Of a stretch of 64,000 bases of DNA, positions 8,640 through 17,951 are shown piece after piece. Source of the DNA: a virus (lineage: Duplodnaviria > Caudoviricetes). Each line of letters begins with the position of its first letter. Positions within the stretch are counted from its first letter, which is position 1. The stretch lies in the IMG/VR virus record IMGVR_UViG_3300044842_000203, positions 47,567-111,566 of that record; one strand, 5' to 3'. The notes under the pieces were generated by a model. That model saw only the letters and a list, made by a program, of their open reading frames with translations. It had not been told where the DNA came from and made no database searches. The position numbers were made by a program, and so were the translations under genes.

Positions 8640-9010
8640 AGCTTCACCTCCGCGGGCGGGTCGAGCACAGTGAACCCGTTCTCCTCAGCAGCCGGGCGGT
8701 GCTGGGCGCAGATGCCGTGAAAAGCGTCGAAGTGAGGATTGCTGCTGACGGAACGACCATGCCGATATCCAGAGTCGTAGTAGCCGGCCGCGCAGCCAGT
8801 GCAGCGGCGAGACCAACGGCACCCCTCGGCGAGGGCGTCCCGGATGCGCTGCGGCCGACGACACAGATGCGCCAACCAATCGGCGTGCTTTGCGAGAGCG
8901 GCCTGTTCGCCGGGCAGCATCTCGGTGAGGATCCGTCGCTGTGCCTCGTCATCATTGCCTTCAATGATCAAGTTGAGCAGTTTGCCCTCGAATGAGATCG
9001 GCTCCTGCAT
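8636..9010 (-). CDS. Hypothetical protein with CxxC
   Basis: ATG after GGAGGT. Confidence 0.65.
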   Translation of the reverse strand: MQEPISFEGKLLNLIIEGNDDEAQRRILTEMLPGEQAALAKHADWLAHLCRRPQRIRDALAEGCRWSRRCTGCAAGYYDSGYRHGRSVSSNPHFDAFHGICAQHRPAAEENGFTVLDPPAEVKL

Positions 9011-9014
9011 GGCG

Positions 9015-9137
9015 TTACCTCCATATTCGGTAGATGGCCCGCGCGGTGAACACCCCCACCAGTGAGCAGAGGCACAGGGCGTTGGCGAAGGCCAGGAGCA
9101 GGGCAAAGGGGTAGCCAAGATCGGCGGGGGTGAGCAT
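9015..9137 (-). CDS. Small membrane protein
   Basis: TGATG-coupled. Confidence 0.5.
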   Translation of the reverse strand: MLTPADLGYPFALLLAFANALCLCSLVGVFTARAIYRIWR

Positions 9138-9364
9138 CAGTACAGCTTGCGGCGTCGACCCCCGGCATGCCCGATGGCGCGCACGGAGCGCCACTCCAGA
9201 TACGCCCAGCCGAGGCAGATCAGGGTCGCCCAGCCGGTCACCGGGGAGTGCGAGCCGAAGATGAACCACACGATGAACAGCGCCAGGCCGGGCAGGAACA
9301 GGATGCGCAGGGCGAGGCCGAGCAGCGCGAACGGAAGTGTGATCAGGGCGCGGATGGTGTTCAT
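9137..9364 (-). CDS. Membrane protein
   Basis: TM helices, ATGA-coupled. Confidence 0.65.
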   Translation of the reverse strand: MNTIRALITLPFALLGLALRILFLPGLALFIVWFIFGSHSPVTGWATLICLGWAYLEWRSVRAIGHAGGRRRKLY

Positions 9365-9837
9365 GCCTCCCGCCTTCCGGTCAGGGGCTCGCCCCACACG
9401 TAGTCGATGCCGGCGTGGATGGCGTAGGTGATCCAGCGGATCAGGGTGGTGCACACGGTGACGAGCACTGCCCAGGCGGGGATACCGGCCAGGGACCACA
9501 GGGCCATGTCGTCGCGAGTGTGGATGCGGCCAGTGTGCTTAGCGAGCAGCGCGGCGGTGACCATGCAGCCGACGAAACCCACAGCGAGGAACACCACGAA
9601 CGTGAGGTTGATGGCGATATCCAGCGGAGTGGGGGCGTCGGGCCACCGTCGGTCGGGGTACCACTCGTCGCCGCAGGTGCGGCAGTAGTAGTAGGCGATG
9701 CCGATGTTGCGGTCGTCCTCGTGCCCGGTGAATGCCTCGTAGCATTCGGGGCAGTCGCGGCTGATGTAGCCGTTGTCGCGGCACTCATCTTCGGTGAGGA
9801 TCGGGTCGGGGGCGCGGTCGCGGAGTAGTCCGAGCAT
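9361..9837 (-). CDS. Zn-ribbon membrane protein
   Basis: CPEC...CRTC plus 2 TM. Confidence 0.65.
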   Translation of the reverse strand: MLGLLRDRAPDPILTEDECRDNGYISRDCPECYEAFTGHEDDRNIGIAYYYCRTCGDEWYPDRRWPDAPTPLDIAINLTFVVFLAVGFVGCMVTAALLAKHTGRIHTRDDMALWSLAGIPAWAVLVTVCTTLIRWITYAIHAGIDYVWGEPLTGRREA

Positions 9838-9839
9838 GG

Positions 9840-10328
9840 TTATCGCCGCCCGTAGATGCCGGGCCGGGCCGCGGTGTAGGCGTCCCATTCGGCGGAGGTC
9901 ATGATTTCGTTGGTGATGGGGTGGTGGGCGTGACCAAACCAGGATTGGCACTGGTAGCAGGTCATGCGCTCGTCGCCGTGCATGCCGTAGACGCATTCGA
10001 GGGTGTCGTCGATTTGCAGAGCGGTGGCGAGGTCACCGTCGATAAATGCCTGCCCGCGGCGCTCGTACAGGTCTTCGATGTGCGCGGCGCGGCGTTCTTC
10101 GCGTAGACGCTGCTCAGTGATGTGGTAGTGGCAGCGGTCTTCGCCGGGGGCTTTGGTGTTGTAGCACTCGATGCAGATGTGGGTGAGTTTGACGGCGGGC
10201 TCGCACCACCAGCGTTGCATCGGAGGGGTGGAGCGGCGCGGGCGGTAGTCGGCGGGGTCGTAGGGGATTTGCGCGAACTCGTCGAGCGGGTTGACGGAAG
10301 GCTGAGCGGCGTGGCCGGTGGCGTACAT
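9840..10328 (-). CDS. Cys/His-rich hypothetical protein
   Basis: ORF downstream of motif promoter. Confidence 0.7.
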   Translation of the reverse strand: MYATGHAAQPSVNPLDEFAQIPYDPADYRPRRSTPPMQRWWCEPAVKLTHICIECYNTKAPGEDRCHYHITEQRLREERRAAHIEDLYERRGQAFIDGDLATALQIDDTLECVYGMHGDERMTCYQCQSWFGHAHHPITNEIMTSAEWDAYTAARPGIYGRR

Positions 10329-10355
10329 GATGTACTCGATTCACTTCGGGGCTTG

Positions 10356-10375
10356 CCGGAACAACCACGACCCTA
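10356..10375 (-). promoter_or_regulatory. Motif promoter TAGGGT-N7-GTTCCGG
   Basis: Intergenic. Confidence 0.75.
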
Positions 10376-10417
10376 CCACGATGCTCGGCAGGGTCGCTAC
10401 TGGGTAACACGGGTGGG

Positions 10418-10747
10418 TTAGACGCGCTTGGCTTGACCTTCGATCAGGTGCACGCCGACCGGCTCCCCGAGCGCCGCCACCTCCGACCAGGCGCCCGGAT
10501 CGGACAGGATCACCTCGGGCGCCGGCCACACGTACACCTCGGGCAGTCCCCGGCACGGCCGGTACGGCTGAGTGCGCTGGCCGATCAACTGCACCAAGTC
10601 CCACCGCATACGGCGGGACTCCGACCAGCCCACGGCGGTGCGGCACGACAGGCGCGAGCATTCCCGGCTGAGGTCGAACTCCCAGTGCGCACACCACAGC
10701 ACTGCTGTGCCAGCGTCCAACTTGGCGCGGATGTCGTCGGTGATCAC
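10418..10747 (-). CDS. Hypothetical protein
   Basis: GTGA-coupled to 27-aa ORF 10744-10827. Confidence 0.55.
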   Translation of the reverse strand: MITDDIRAKLDAGTAVLWCAHWEFDLSRECSRLSCRTAVGWSESRRMRWDLVQLIGQRTQPYRPCRGLPEVYVWPAPEVILSDPGAWSEVAALGEPVGVHLIEGQAKRV

Positions 10748-10846
10748 AGCAGCACCGTCACGATCGCGGCCACCAGAAGCCATCCGATGTGCCACCACTG
10801 CGCAGCGGGATCGAGTGGCCAGTGCATGGGGGTCTCCTCAGTGGGG

Positions 10847-10853
10847 CCGGAAC
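10847..10853 (-). promoter_or_regulatory. GTTCCGG site, weak -10
   Basis: Intergenic, upstream of GAGGAG-ATG 10827. Confidence 0.5.
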
Positions 10854-10862
10854 AGGGCCTAG

Positions 10863-11072
10863 CTATTTACCGCGGGTAGCGTGCGTGAGGCTGAATCTCT
10901 CACCGGGTACGGCGACGGTGAGCGGGCCACCGTCAGGCACCCAGAATCGGCGCGAAACCCCGTCGACGGTGCCGGTGATGATGTGCCCACCCTCGGCGGG
11001 TGGTTCGGTGGGCAGGTGCCGGCAATGCCCGCAGTCACAACCAGGCGTGGCCAGTTCGACCAATCTGGTCAC
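10863..11072 (-). CDS. Small Cys-containing protein
   Basis: GTGA-coupled. Confidence 0.5.
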   Translation of the reverse strand: MTRLVELATPGCDCGHCRHLPTEPPAEGGHIITGTVDGVSRRFWVPDGGPLTVAVPGERFSLTHATRGK

Positions 11073-11467
11073 AGCATGCGTCCCTTCATGTCGGCTTTGC
11101 ACAGTCGGTCGATGCGGCGCGCAGCAGCGGCGATCTGCTGCACTTCGCTGGTGGGTAGGCGCCGCAGCAAGGCGGCGATCTCCGTGTCCTCAGTTGCCTC
11201 GGGCAGCCCGCAGAGGACGTCCTCCGCGCTGATCTCAGCCGGCCCAGCCATGTCCCCGATCACCTCGTCGAGGCGGGAGTCGGGCATGGCCGGGTCGCAC
11301 ACCCAGCTGAGAACAACGACCACGGGATCAACACCGCTAGCAGTGGCGTGGTCGTTGGCCAGGGAGCGGTACAACAGAGCATCCCGCATGGCCCGGATCT
11401 CCGTCGCGGATCGAATATCACCAGGACGCACGTGCTTCCAAGGCAGGTCAGGGGCGCGCATCACCAC
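11069..11467 (-). CDS. Hypothetical protein
   Basis: Overlap-coupled. Confidence 0.65.
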   Translation of the reverse strand: MVMRAPDLPWKHVRPGDIRSATEIRAMRDALLYRSLANDHATASGVDPVVVVLSWVCDPAMPDSRLDEVIGDMAGPAEISAEDVLCGLPEATEDTEIAALLRRLPTSEVQQIAAAARRIDRLCKADMKGRML

Positions 11468-12501
11468 TCGTCCATTCGGGCTAGTTCCTCAACGCACCTG
11501 GCGCAACCGTCGCCTTCGCCGGGGCCGTGACCGTGGTCGCACCAGCGGCAATATTCGAGCCGGTGACCGTTGGCCTCAATCAGTGGCACGTCGTGTTCGC
11601 AGTATTCGTCGTCACGCAATTTGCGCCACTGGTCAGGGCCAGTTTCGAAGCTGCCGAACCCGGCGCGGTCAGGGTCGGGTGGCACCCATTCCTCAAGCCC
11701 AGCTCCCCAGATGATCGGCTGATCGGGGTATTCGGGCAGATCTGACCAGCGACCGATGAGAATGCCTTCGTAGTGCGGCGCTTCGTCGATCGGTAGCCAC
11801 GTGACCGGGGACTCGGCGTACGGGGTGGTCCACCGCACCAGGGCTTTGACCAAAGGCTGGTCTTCGATCCACTCAGCGGCGGGGGTGTCCCACTGGCGGA
11901 CGCATTCAGCCTCGAACGCAAGTTGCGCCATGTCGCCGTTGGGGCCAGGCGTGGCCGCGAAAAACCAGTCGGCGCGGGACTTGTACTGCCCGGCGCGCTG
12001 GCGCAGCCAGTCGAGTAGGGCTAGCCGGTGGTCGTGGGTCATGTCGGCGAGCTTCACCGCCACGGTAGGCAGCTGTGCCCGGCCGATCGGACTCAGTCCC
12101 GAGCCGGGCCGGTCAGCGACGCGCATACGCCACCAGGCGCCCTGGTCGAGGAGTTGGTTAATGCTCACCCGCTCCGGCGGTGGACCCACCTCATCGGCGC
12201 CTTCCCAGTCGTCCCACTCCAGGTCGTCGGCGAGCCACGCCCAGTGGCGGGCGGCTTCCCGCGCTTGCCGGTCGGCGGTTTCGCCGGGGGTTTCGGGCTG
12301 CCAATCGGTGGCGATGCGCAGGTAATGCCCGTGACGTACGGGGGTGAGGGGGTGCTCATCGCTGTTGGGGGTGGTAATGCGAGCGGCGTGCCATCCACTG
12401 GTGATGGCTCGCGCGGCTAGCTGGGCGCGCTCAGGGTCGATGGCCAGCACTCCGGCCAGGGTTTGGGCGATAGTGTTGTTGAGTTCGTTGCGGGCGCTCA
12501 T
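11461..12501 (-). CDS. Hypothetical actinophage-type protein
   Basis: ATGA-coupled, GGAAGG RBS. Confidence 0.75.
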   Translation of the reverse strand: MSARNELNNTIAQTLAGVLAIDPERAQLAARAITSGWHAARITTPNSDEHPLTPVRHGHYLRIATDWQPETPGETADRQAREAARHWAWLADDLEWDDWEGADEVGPPPERVSINQLLDQGAWWRMRVADRPGSGLSPIGRAQLPTVAVKLADMTHDHRLALLDWLRQRAGQYKSRADWFFAATPGPNGDMAQLAFEAECVRQWDTPAAEWIEDQPLVKALVRWTTPYAESPVTWLPIDEAPHYEGILIGRWSDLPEYPDQPIIWGAGLEEWVPPDPDRAGFGSFETGPDQWRKLRDDEYCEHDVPLIEANGHRLEYCRWCDHGHGPGEGDGCARCVEELARMDEW

Positions 12502-12740
12502 CGGCGTGTTTCCTTCCAACGTGACCAAGCGGCGTAAATGAACATCAGCGCCCAGGCGCCGAGGAACGCGGCAATGATCGGGTGACCAGTGGTGGTTTGG
12601 CGGTAGGCGAAAAAGGCCATAGCCAGTGCGGCTAGTCCGTGCACCCACCATCGGGCAGGGCGGGTGGCGCGCTGTTCAGCGGCGGCGGCGCGAGCTTTGA
12701 GATAGGCGCGGGCCGTATCGCGGTCGGGCATGCGGGTCAT
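12498..12740 (-). CDS. Membrane protein
   Basis: 2 TM, ATGA-coupled. Confidence 0.65.
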   Translation of the reverse strand: MTRMPDRDTARAYLKARAAAAEQRATRPARWWVHGLAALAMAFFAYRQTTTGHPIIAAFLGAWALMFIYAAWSRWKETRR

Positions 12741-13264
12741 GACGTGTTCCGTTGTGCTTTGAGCGCGGCGGCGAGGGCGGCGTGTAACTGGTCTTTGCCG
12801 GGGCCGTCCCATAGGCCCAGCACGTCAGCGGCGGCGTCGACCATGGCGTCGGTGACGACCGGCTCTACCGGGGTGAAGATGGGCAGGTCGGGCCGGTCGA
12901 GGTGACCGACGATGCGTAGTCGCCGTTTTTGCTCAGGCTGGTCACCGGCTTGCCGAACAACCTCGACGACGGGGCCGCGGCCGAATGAGTTGGTGGCCAG
13001 GATGGTGCCCTCGGGCCACGGGAATGCGGCGTTGAGGGTTTGAGTGTCGTAGCCCATGGCAGGACCGAGTTCGCGGGCGGAGCACACCACGTCTAGGCCG
13101 CAGTTGTTGAGATATTCGAAGGCGGCGCGGGCGGTGGTGGCCCACACGAGGATTTGGCCTTGCCGATGGCGGTTGGGTTCGCCGAGGGCGTCGAGCACGT
13201 CGCGGGGCAGCCACGCGGAGCGCGCGAAATCACGCACCGCGTAAACCTTGAGTTCGCGGGCCAT
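12737..13264 (-). CDS. Hypothetical protein
   Basis: C-terminal PVVTDAMV motif shared with next gene. Confidence 0.7.
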   Translation of the reverse strand: MARELKVYAVRDFARSAWLPRDVLDALGEPNRHRQGQILVWATTARAAFEYLNNCGLDVVCSARELGPAMGYDTQTLNAAFPWPEGTILATNSFGRGPVVEVVRQAGDQPEQKRRLRIVGHLDRPDLPIFTPVEPVVTDAMVDAAADVLGLWDGPGKDQLHAALAAALKAQRNTS

Positions 13265-13266
13265 GG

Positions 13267-13611
13267 CTAGTCCTCTCGGGCGCGCAGAGCAGCAGCCAGT
13301 GCGTCACGAATGCGCTGGTCTCGGATGGGGGCTTCACCTGCGGGGCGGCCTTCATAGGCAAGGGAAAAAGCGCAGACCATGGCGTCGGTGACGATGGGCT
13401 CGTCCAGGTCGCCGGGGTTGGCGTGGTTGCATCGCCAGGCGCAAGAGCCGTCGATGAGTAGCGGCCAGCCGCACACAGCACCACCGTCGGTGATGGCTTC
13501 GCATTGCTGATCAATGGTGGGCAGCTCAGTGAAGGGCACGGCTTCGCCTGCGAGGTAGCGGTTCCACATGAGGCGTTGCGTGGGTGACAGGTGGGACAGA
13601 TCGGGGTTCAT
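13267..13611 (-). CDS. Hypothetical protein
   Basis: RBS GAGG; PIVTDAMV motif. Confidence 0.7.
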   Translation of the reverse strand: MNPDLSHLSPTQRLMWNRYLAGEAVPFTELPTIDQQCEAITDGGAVCGWPLLIDGSCAWRCNHANPGDLDEPIVTDAMVCAFSLAYEGRPAGEAPIRDQRIRDALAAALRARED

Positions 13612-13617
13612 GGGGTA

Positions 13618-13791
13618 TCAGTAGTCCTCGCCGCATTCGATGAGGCTGGCCATGATGGCGGCGGAGCGGCAGGCGCCGCGCCCGCGACGAAAGCCTTTGA
13701 TGCGGGGGTGCGGGCCGGCGGCGTTGGAGCGGCGACGCTCTTGGACCTCGACAACGGGACGGGGGACGGGGCGCATGGTAGGCGCGGACAC
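13618..13791 (-). CDS. Small basic protein
   Basis: GTG after AGGAG. Confidence 0.55.
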   Translation of the reverse strand: MSAPTMRPVPRPVVEVQERRRSNAAGPHPRIKGFRRGRGACRSAAIMASLIECGEDY

Positions 13792-13817
13792 GATGGTCTC
13801 CTGTAGGTAGGACTTGA

Positions 13818-13837
13818 CCGGAACATGGTCGAGCCTA
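13818..13837 (-). promoter_or_regulatory. Motif promoter TAGGCT-N7-GTTCCGG
   Basis: Intergenic. Confidence 0.8.
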
Positions 13838-13855
13838 CCACGCACCGCCGTGGCG

Positions 13856-14254
13856 TCAACCTGTTGCTTTACCCGAGTCTGTTGGGGATGTCGCGTGCCC
13901 GTGCCGGGTACCGGTGCGCCTCTTGCGTTCCATCTGCGCCACCTCGGGTGGCTGCTCTTGCCCCACGTTGTCGCGGCGACCCAGCTCGACGCGGGCGTCC
14001 TGCTGAGTGACGAGATGCATTTCGCGGCGCATGCCGTTGGGGTCGGCGTATTCCCACTCACCGAGCGGGTCGCAGGTCTCGGGCACGAAGTAGCGCCAGC
14101 GTTTCAGCCCGCACGAAGTGCAGTGCGCGCGAGTGACCCAGACGACGGGCTTTTGAGTGTCGTCGCGTTGCATGGGGGCGGGCCCGTGGTCCCAGGTGTG
14201 CTGAAATCCGCGGCAGGTGAGGTTTTGCCGCTGTGCCTGCATGAGGTCGATCAA
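13856..14254 (-). CDS. Zn-binding actinophage-type protein
   Basis: CRGFQHTW...CTSC. Confidence 0.7.
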   Translation of the reverse strand: MIDLMQAQRQNLTCRGFQHTWDHGPAPMQRDDTQKPVVWVTRAHCTSCGLKRWRYFVPETCDPLGEWEYADPNGMRREMHLVTQQDARVELGRRDNVGQEQPPEVAQMERKRRTGTRHGHATSPTDSGKATG

Positions 14255-14292
14255 AGGTTGCTCCTACGGTCCAATTGTCCGGCCGGGTGTGG

Positions 14293-14312
14293 CCGGAACG
14301 GTTTTCACCGTA
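14293..14312 (-). promoter_or_regulatory. Motif promoter TACGGT-N7-GTTCCGG
   Basis: Intergenic. Confidence 0.75.
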
Positions 14313-14499
14313 GCGCGGGTTTCCGGGGGAGGGGACGGGCCTCGTGTCTGGGGGAGGTCGAGGCCCGTCACTGGGGGCGATCATCATGGAACCGGGTGCC
14401 CGTTTGCGGTGGGTGGGCCAGAAACCCGGCGTGTTCCAGTGTGCACAGATGAAACCGCCCAGCGCGGTGTTGGTGCGCTGGGCGGTCGGTTTGGGGCGG

Positions 14500-14790
14500 T
14501 TAGCGGGCGATCTGGACGTAGTTGGTGAGTTTGGTGATGCCCGTGACGGTTCCCTCAGTAACGAGGTAGGGAGCGGCGGGGCGCAGCTTGCGGCGCACGG
14601 CCTCCAGGGAGCGATAGGTGCCATTGCGCTGGCCTTGCGCGGCCATGGTGCGTTCGACGGCGGCAAGAGCCTCGCGGGGAGTGCCTTCGAAGATGACGTA
14701 GGTCTTGCCCTCGGTGATGTAGATGCCTTCGACGCGGCGCAGAGCACTGATGTTGTGACCGGTGAGCTGACGAACCTTAGTGGTGATCAT
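14500..14790 (-). CDS. Hypothetical protein
   Basis: GAGAGG RBS; GTTCCGG at 14815-14821; downstream hairpin near 14454-14486. Confidence 0.7.
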   Translation of the reverse strand: MITTKVRQLTGHNISALRRVEGIYITEGKTYVIFEGTPREALAAVERTMAAQGQRNGTYRSLEAVRRKLRPAAPYLVTEGTVTGITKLTNYVQIAR

Positions 14791-14829
14791 TGTTGCCTCT
14801 CTCGGATTGTGTGGCCGGAACGGTGGCGG

Positions 14830-14976
14830 TTAGCGGGTAGGTGGCTGGTCGCAGTGACACAGCATGAGTTCGCGGAAGTGCAAGTGACCGCTGCCGTAGC
14901 GAGGCCGTGAATCGCAGATGATGCAGGCTTCGTTGAGGGCTACGCCGTGCTCGCACTGAGCTTCGATGTGTTCCAT
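14830..14976 (-). CDS. Small Cys/His-rich protein
   Basis: ATG after AGGAG. Confidence 0.55.
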   Translation of the reverse strand: MEHIEAQCEHGVALNEACIICDSRPRYGSGHLHFRELMLCHCDQPPTR

Positions 14977-14994
14977 GGTGATGTCTCCTGGTGG

Positions 14995-15014
14995 CCGGAA
15001 CAGGTCATACACTA
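14995..15014 (-). promoter_or_regulatory. Motif promoter TAGTGT-N7-GTTCCGG
   Basis: Intergenic. Confidence 0.8.
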
Positions 15015-15093
15015 CCAGTATCGCGCAGCCACAAAGTAGCGTTACGCGGCGCGCCACCCGAACAGAGCAGTCACCGCGGGCTACCGTGCGCGC

Positions 15094-15255
15094 ATGATCG
15101 CCCTACTTGGCCTCCTGTTCATCCTCTGGATCGTGTGCATCCTGGTCGGCATCTTCGTCAAAGCCGTCGGATGGCTCCTGATCATCGGCCTCATCGGCCT
15201 GGTCATCACCGCACTCGGCGCCGTCGCCCGAGCCATCTTCGGATCATCGCGCTAG
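15094..15255 (+). CDS. 53-aa two-TM membrane protein, probably leaderless
   Basis: MIALLGLLFILWIVCILVGIFVKAVGWLLIIGLIG...; TACCGT 6 nt before ATG. Confidence 0.7.
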   Translation: MIALLGLLFILWIVCILVGIFVKAVGWLLIIGLIGLVITALGAVARAIFGSSR

Positions 15256-16197
15256 CCGATTCACCTTCGGCTTAATCCGAATCGGCAAGCTCGGGTCCTT
15301 CGGCCACCAATGCGCCGCGATGATGCGCCGCTCCCTGCGCCGATCCGCACCTGAACCCACCCACACCCACTTCGGGTAATCCTCCACCCACGTGCGGTGC
15401 CCTGGCGACGTACCCGTGCCCGGATTGACCACCGGGGGCGACTTCCGGCGCAGTGTGATCACCGTGACCTCACCGGGTAGCTCTGCGCGAGCCATCCGCC
15501 GGGCCTGCGCTCGCGGTGCCCGTTCAATGCTGTGATCCGAGAGGGTTTCACCGAGCATCTGCCACAGTGCCAGGATCACCCGGCCGGTGTTGCGGGTAAT
15601 GAACGCGACATCCCCCTCGGCCTCTACTCGCTGCCGGTCCAGCTTCGTGGGTTCGAGAACGTTGGGGCCGATGCGCAGCCCCATGGGCATCCAGTAAGAG
15701 GAGATACCGTGCCAGCGGCCGACAAAATTGCGGGTCACCGGATTCATCATGGCGGCGATCTCGTCCGGCTCCCGGTACAGGTCGTTGAACGTTTGCACCA
15801 GATAGCCGGGGTGGTTGTCCTGATCGGCGGAAGGTCCCCACGCCACGACGTGCATGATGATCTGCCGGCCGCGTAGCTCGGTGAACCTGATCGGCTCCTC
15901 GAACACGGCGAAACCCCACTTGCGGGGTGGGGCGGTTTCCTCGTCGAGGCGGGTGGTGTCGCGCATGTCGACAGCGCGCAGGTCGATGGGTGCGGTCATG
16001 TTCGCGGTGACCCAGTAGGGGCGGGCGTCGCGCAGGTTGCGGGCGATCACGTGGGCGATGTGGCCGCCGGGCCGGACCACGCTGTCTAGCTCGGCAACCT
16101 TGTCGAGGTATTCGGCGAGGCGAGTGGAACGCCCGTCGCCCAGCGTCTCAACGAGGTCGAGGTGCTGGGCGAGGACGTCGAGGGCGGTGAGCTTCAC
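15244..16197 (-). CDS. Hypothetical phage protein
   Basis: GTGA-coupled long ORF. Confidence 0.75.
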   Translation of the reverse strand: MKLTALDVLAQHLDLVETLGDGRSTRLAEYLDKVAELDSVVRPGGHIAHVIARNLRDARPYWVTANMTAPIDLRAVDMRDTTRLDEETAPPRKWGFAVFEEPIRFTELRGRQIIMHVVAWGPSADQDNHPGYLVQTFNDLYREPDEIAAMMNPVTRNFVGRWHGISSYWMPMGLRIGPNVLEPTKLDRQRVEAEGDVAFITRNTGRVILALWQMLGETLSDHSIERAPRAQARRMARAELPGEVTVITLRRKSPPVVNPGTGTSPGHRTWVEDYPKWVWVGSGADRRRERRIIAAHWWPKDPSLPIRIKPKVNRLAR

Positions 16198-16643
16198 TTC
16201 TCGTCTTTGCCGGGCACGTACACGATGCCGTCGCGCAGGTGCTCGGGAATGAGGCGTTCCAGCTTGAATGCCTCGTAATCGCGAGCATCGTAGGCGACCA
16301 TTCGCGGGTCCTGGTCGAGACCGTACTCGCGGGCCCATCCGGCGACGCTGACCTCGACGGTGCCGCCGACGCGGATGCGCACCACCTGGTCGCGCACGAC
16401 GCAGGGCTGCTCACCGGATTCGACGGAGATGCGGATGCAGCCGGCCTCGGGACGCTCGTCGTCGGCGTCGACGGAGATGGTGCCCATGAACCATCCGTTG
16501 CTGTAGCAGACGTACCAGGTGGCGTCGTCTTTCGCCTTCCAGGTGCCGTCGGTGTGCTCGACGTCGAGGGTGAACTTGTCGCCTTCGCCGAGCTGTTTGA
16601 CGGTGCGGGCGCGGTCGCGGTAGCGGATGACGGTGGTGGGCAT
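16194..16643 (-). CDS. Hypothetical protein
   Basis: GAGGAGG RBS. Confidence 0.75.
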   Translation of the reverse strand: MPTTVIRYRDRARTVKQLGEGDKFTLDVEHTDGTWKAKDDATWYVCYSNGWFMGTISVDADDERPEAGCIRISVESGEQPCVVRDQVVRIRVGGTVEVSVAGWAREYGLDQDPRMVAYDARDYEAFKLERLIPEHLRDGIVYVPGKDEK

Positions 16644-16659
16644 GATGCCTCCTCAAGGG

Positions 16660-16679
16660 CCGGAACGGTTTACAGCCTA
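16660..16679 (-). promoter_or_regulatory. Motif promoter TAGGCT-N7-GTTCCGG
   Basis: Intergenic. Confidence 0.8.
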
Positions 16680-16731
16680 CCAGGAGTAGGGTACTGCGGT
16701 TGGTGGTTACGCCATCTGGTGTAGTGAACGG

Positions 16732-16929
16732 GTGACACTCACCGTTGCGTTAGTGCTCGATTACAAGAACCTGGGTGGCCTAATCGCGTCACTCGCGAGC
16801 ATCTTGATTGCCTGCCTGGGTCTCGTGATGCTCAATGACTGGGATCGACCCAAGCAAGAGCGTGAGGCATACCGGCCTACGAACAGTCGGGGGACTGTCC
16901 ATGAGCGAGCAAGGCCAGACCAGCGGTGA
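16732..16929 (+). CDS. Small membrane protein
   Basis: One TM helix. Confidence 0.5.
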   Translation: MTLTVALVLDYKNLGGLIASLASILIACLGLVMLNDWDRPKQEREAYRPTNSRGTVHERARPDQR

Positions 16930-17053
16930 GCCCATCTTGAGTTCGGAACTTCCCTACGATCTACCCGCGCCCCGCTCGGGCAGGGACTACCAGGTGTGGC
17001 TAGCTGAGGTGCATGACGGCTGCCACGGGTGTCTCGACGCGCCGGTGGACTAG
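16901..17053 (+). CDS. Small hypothetical protein
   Basis: GGGGA RBS; followed by hairpin 17053-17076. Confidence 0.45.
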   Translation: MSEQGQTSGEPILSSELPYDLPAPRSGRDYQVWLAEVHDGCHGCLDAPVD

Positions 17054-17084
17054 CCGGGCCCGGTGAGGGGCCCGGCGTCGCGCG

Positions 17085-17630
17085 TCACCAGGGTTTGCTG
17101 GCGCAGATGTCGCCCATGCCGCGGGCGCGGGAGTCGGGGTTGGTGAGCGGCAGTGAGCAGCGTCCGCAGACTCCGAGCTTGAGCCCGTAGTCGGTGCATG
17201 CCTGCTGCGGGTCGGCGGCGATTTTGCGCAGTACGCCGTACTCGACGTCGCGCGGAAGACTGTGGAAGGTGCTGGACAGCTGGATGTGCACGACGGGCAC
17301 GCCTCGGCTGTTGCGCTTGACGCGGTAGAAAGCGTATTCACCAGCGTCGTTGAGTACGGCGTAGCGGCCGTCGGGCACGCGCGCGAACTGGTCGGTGGTG
17401 CGCTGCGCGGGGATGTTGCCCAGGGTGTTGTCGCGGGCGTCGAGCAGCATTTTGATCATGTCGGCGGCGAGGTTGACGTCGAAGCTGTGGGCGAGCCAGG
17501 CCTTGTTCATCGCCGCGCGGGTTTCGTCGAGGGTGTGTCCGCGGGATTCGAGCAGGGCGAGTAGGTAGCGGATGTCGTCGAGCTGCTCTTTGGTGGCGGC
17601 GGAGGCAGTGGCAGTGCTCATGGTTTTCAT
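17085..17630 (-). CDS. DUF6011-like Zn-finger protein
   Basis: CGRCSLPLTNPDSRARGMGDIC. Confidence 0.75.
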   Translation of the reverse strand: MKTMSTATASAATKEQLDDIRYLLALLESRGHTLDETRAAMNKAWLAHSFDVNLAADMIKMLLDARDNTLGNIPAQRTTDQFARVPDGRYAVLNDAGEYAFYRVKRNSRGVPVVHIQLSSTFHSLPRDVEYGVLRKIAADPQQACTDYGLKLGVCGRCSLPLTNPDSRARGMGDICASKPW

Positions 17631-17640
17631 CTCCTGGTGA

Positions 17641-17689
17641 CCGGAACGGGTCTAGCCTAGCGAGAGTTTTGCAGCTGCACAACTCTCGC
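17641..17689 (-). promoter_or_regulatory. Motif promoter TAGGCT-N6-GTTCCGG with 30-bp palindromic operator
   Basis: GCGAGAGTTTTGCAGCTGCACAACTCTCGC at 17660-17689. Confidence 0.75.
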
Positions 17690-17730
17690 CCGGTGTATCG
17701 GCCACCCACCACCCCTCGTTACTGGGTGGC

Positions 17731-17769
17731 TACAAAACAAACGGGCCCCCGCCGAAGCGGAGACCCGTT
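17731..17769 (-). terminator. Intrinsic terminator
   Basis: AACGGGTCTCCGC-TTCG-GCGGGGGCCCGTT then T-rich tail. Confidence 0.75.
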
Positions 17770-17783
17770 GCCGAGCAGCTGGA

Positions 17784-17951
17784 TCAGTACCAGCGGTCTT
17801 CCCAGCAGCGCCGACGGTTGTTCCACTCCCAGTGGTGCCAGTGCCAGCGGTGATCGCGGCCCAGGCCACGGTGCCAGGTGCCAGGGTGATCGCGCCAATC
17901 GTTGCGATCCCAGTCCCGCCGACCGGCGGTGAAAACGTCAGCAACCTTCAT
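17784..17951 (-). CDS. 55-aa Trp/His/Arg-rich peptide
   Basis: GAGGGAG RBS, own terminator. Confidence 0.65.
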   Translation of the reverse strand: MKVADVFTAGRRDWDRNDWRDHPGTWHRGLGRDHRWHWHHWEWNNRRRCWEDRWY

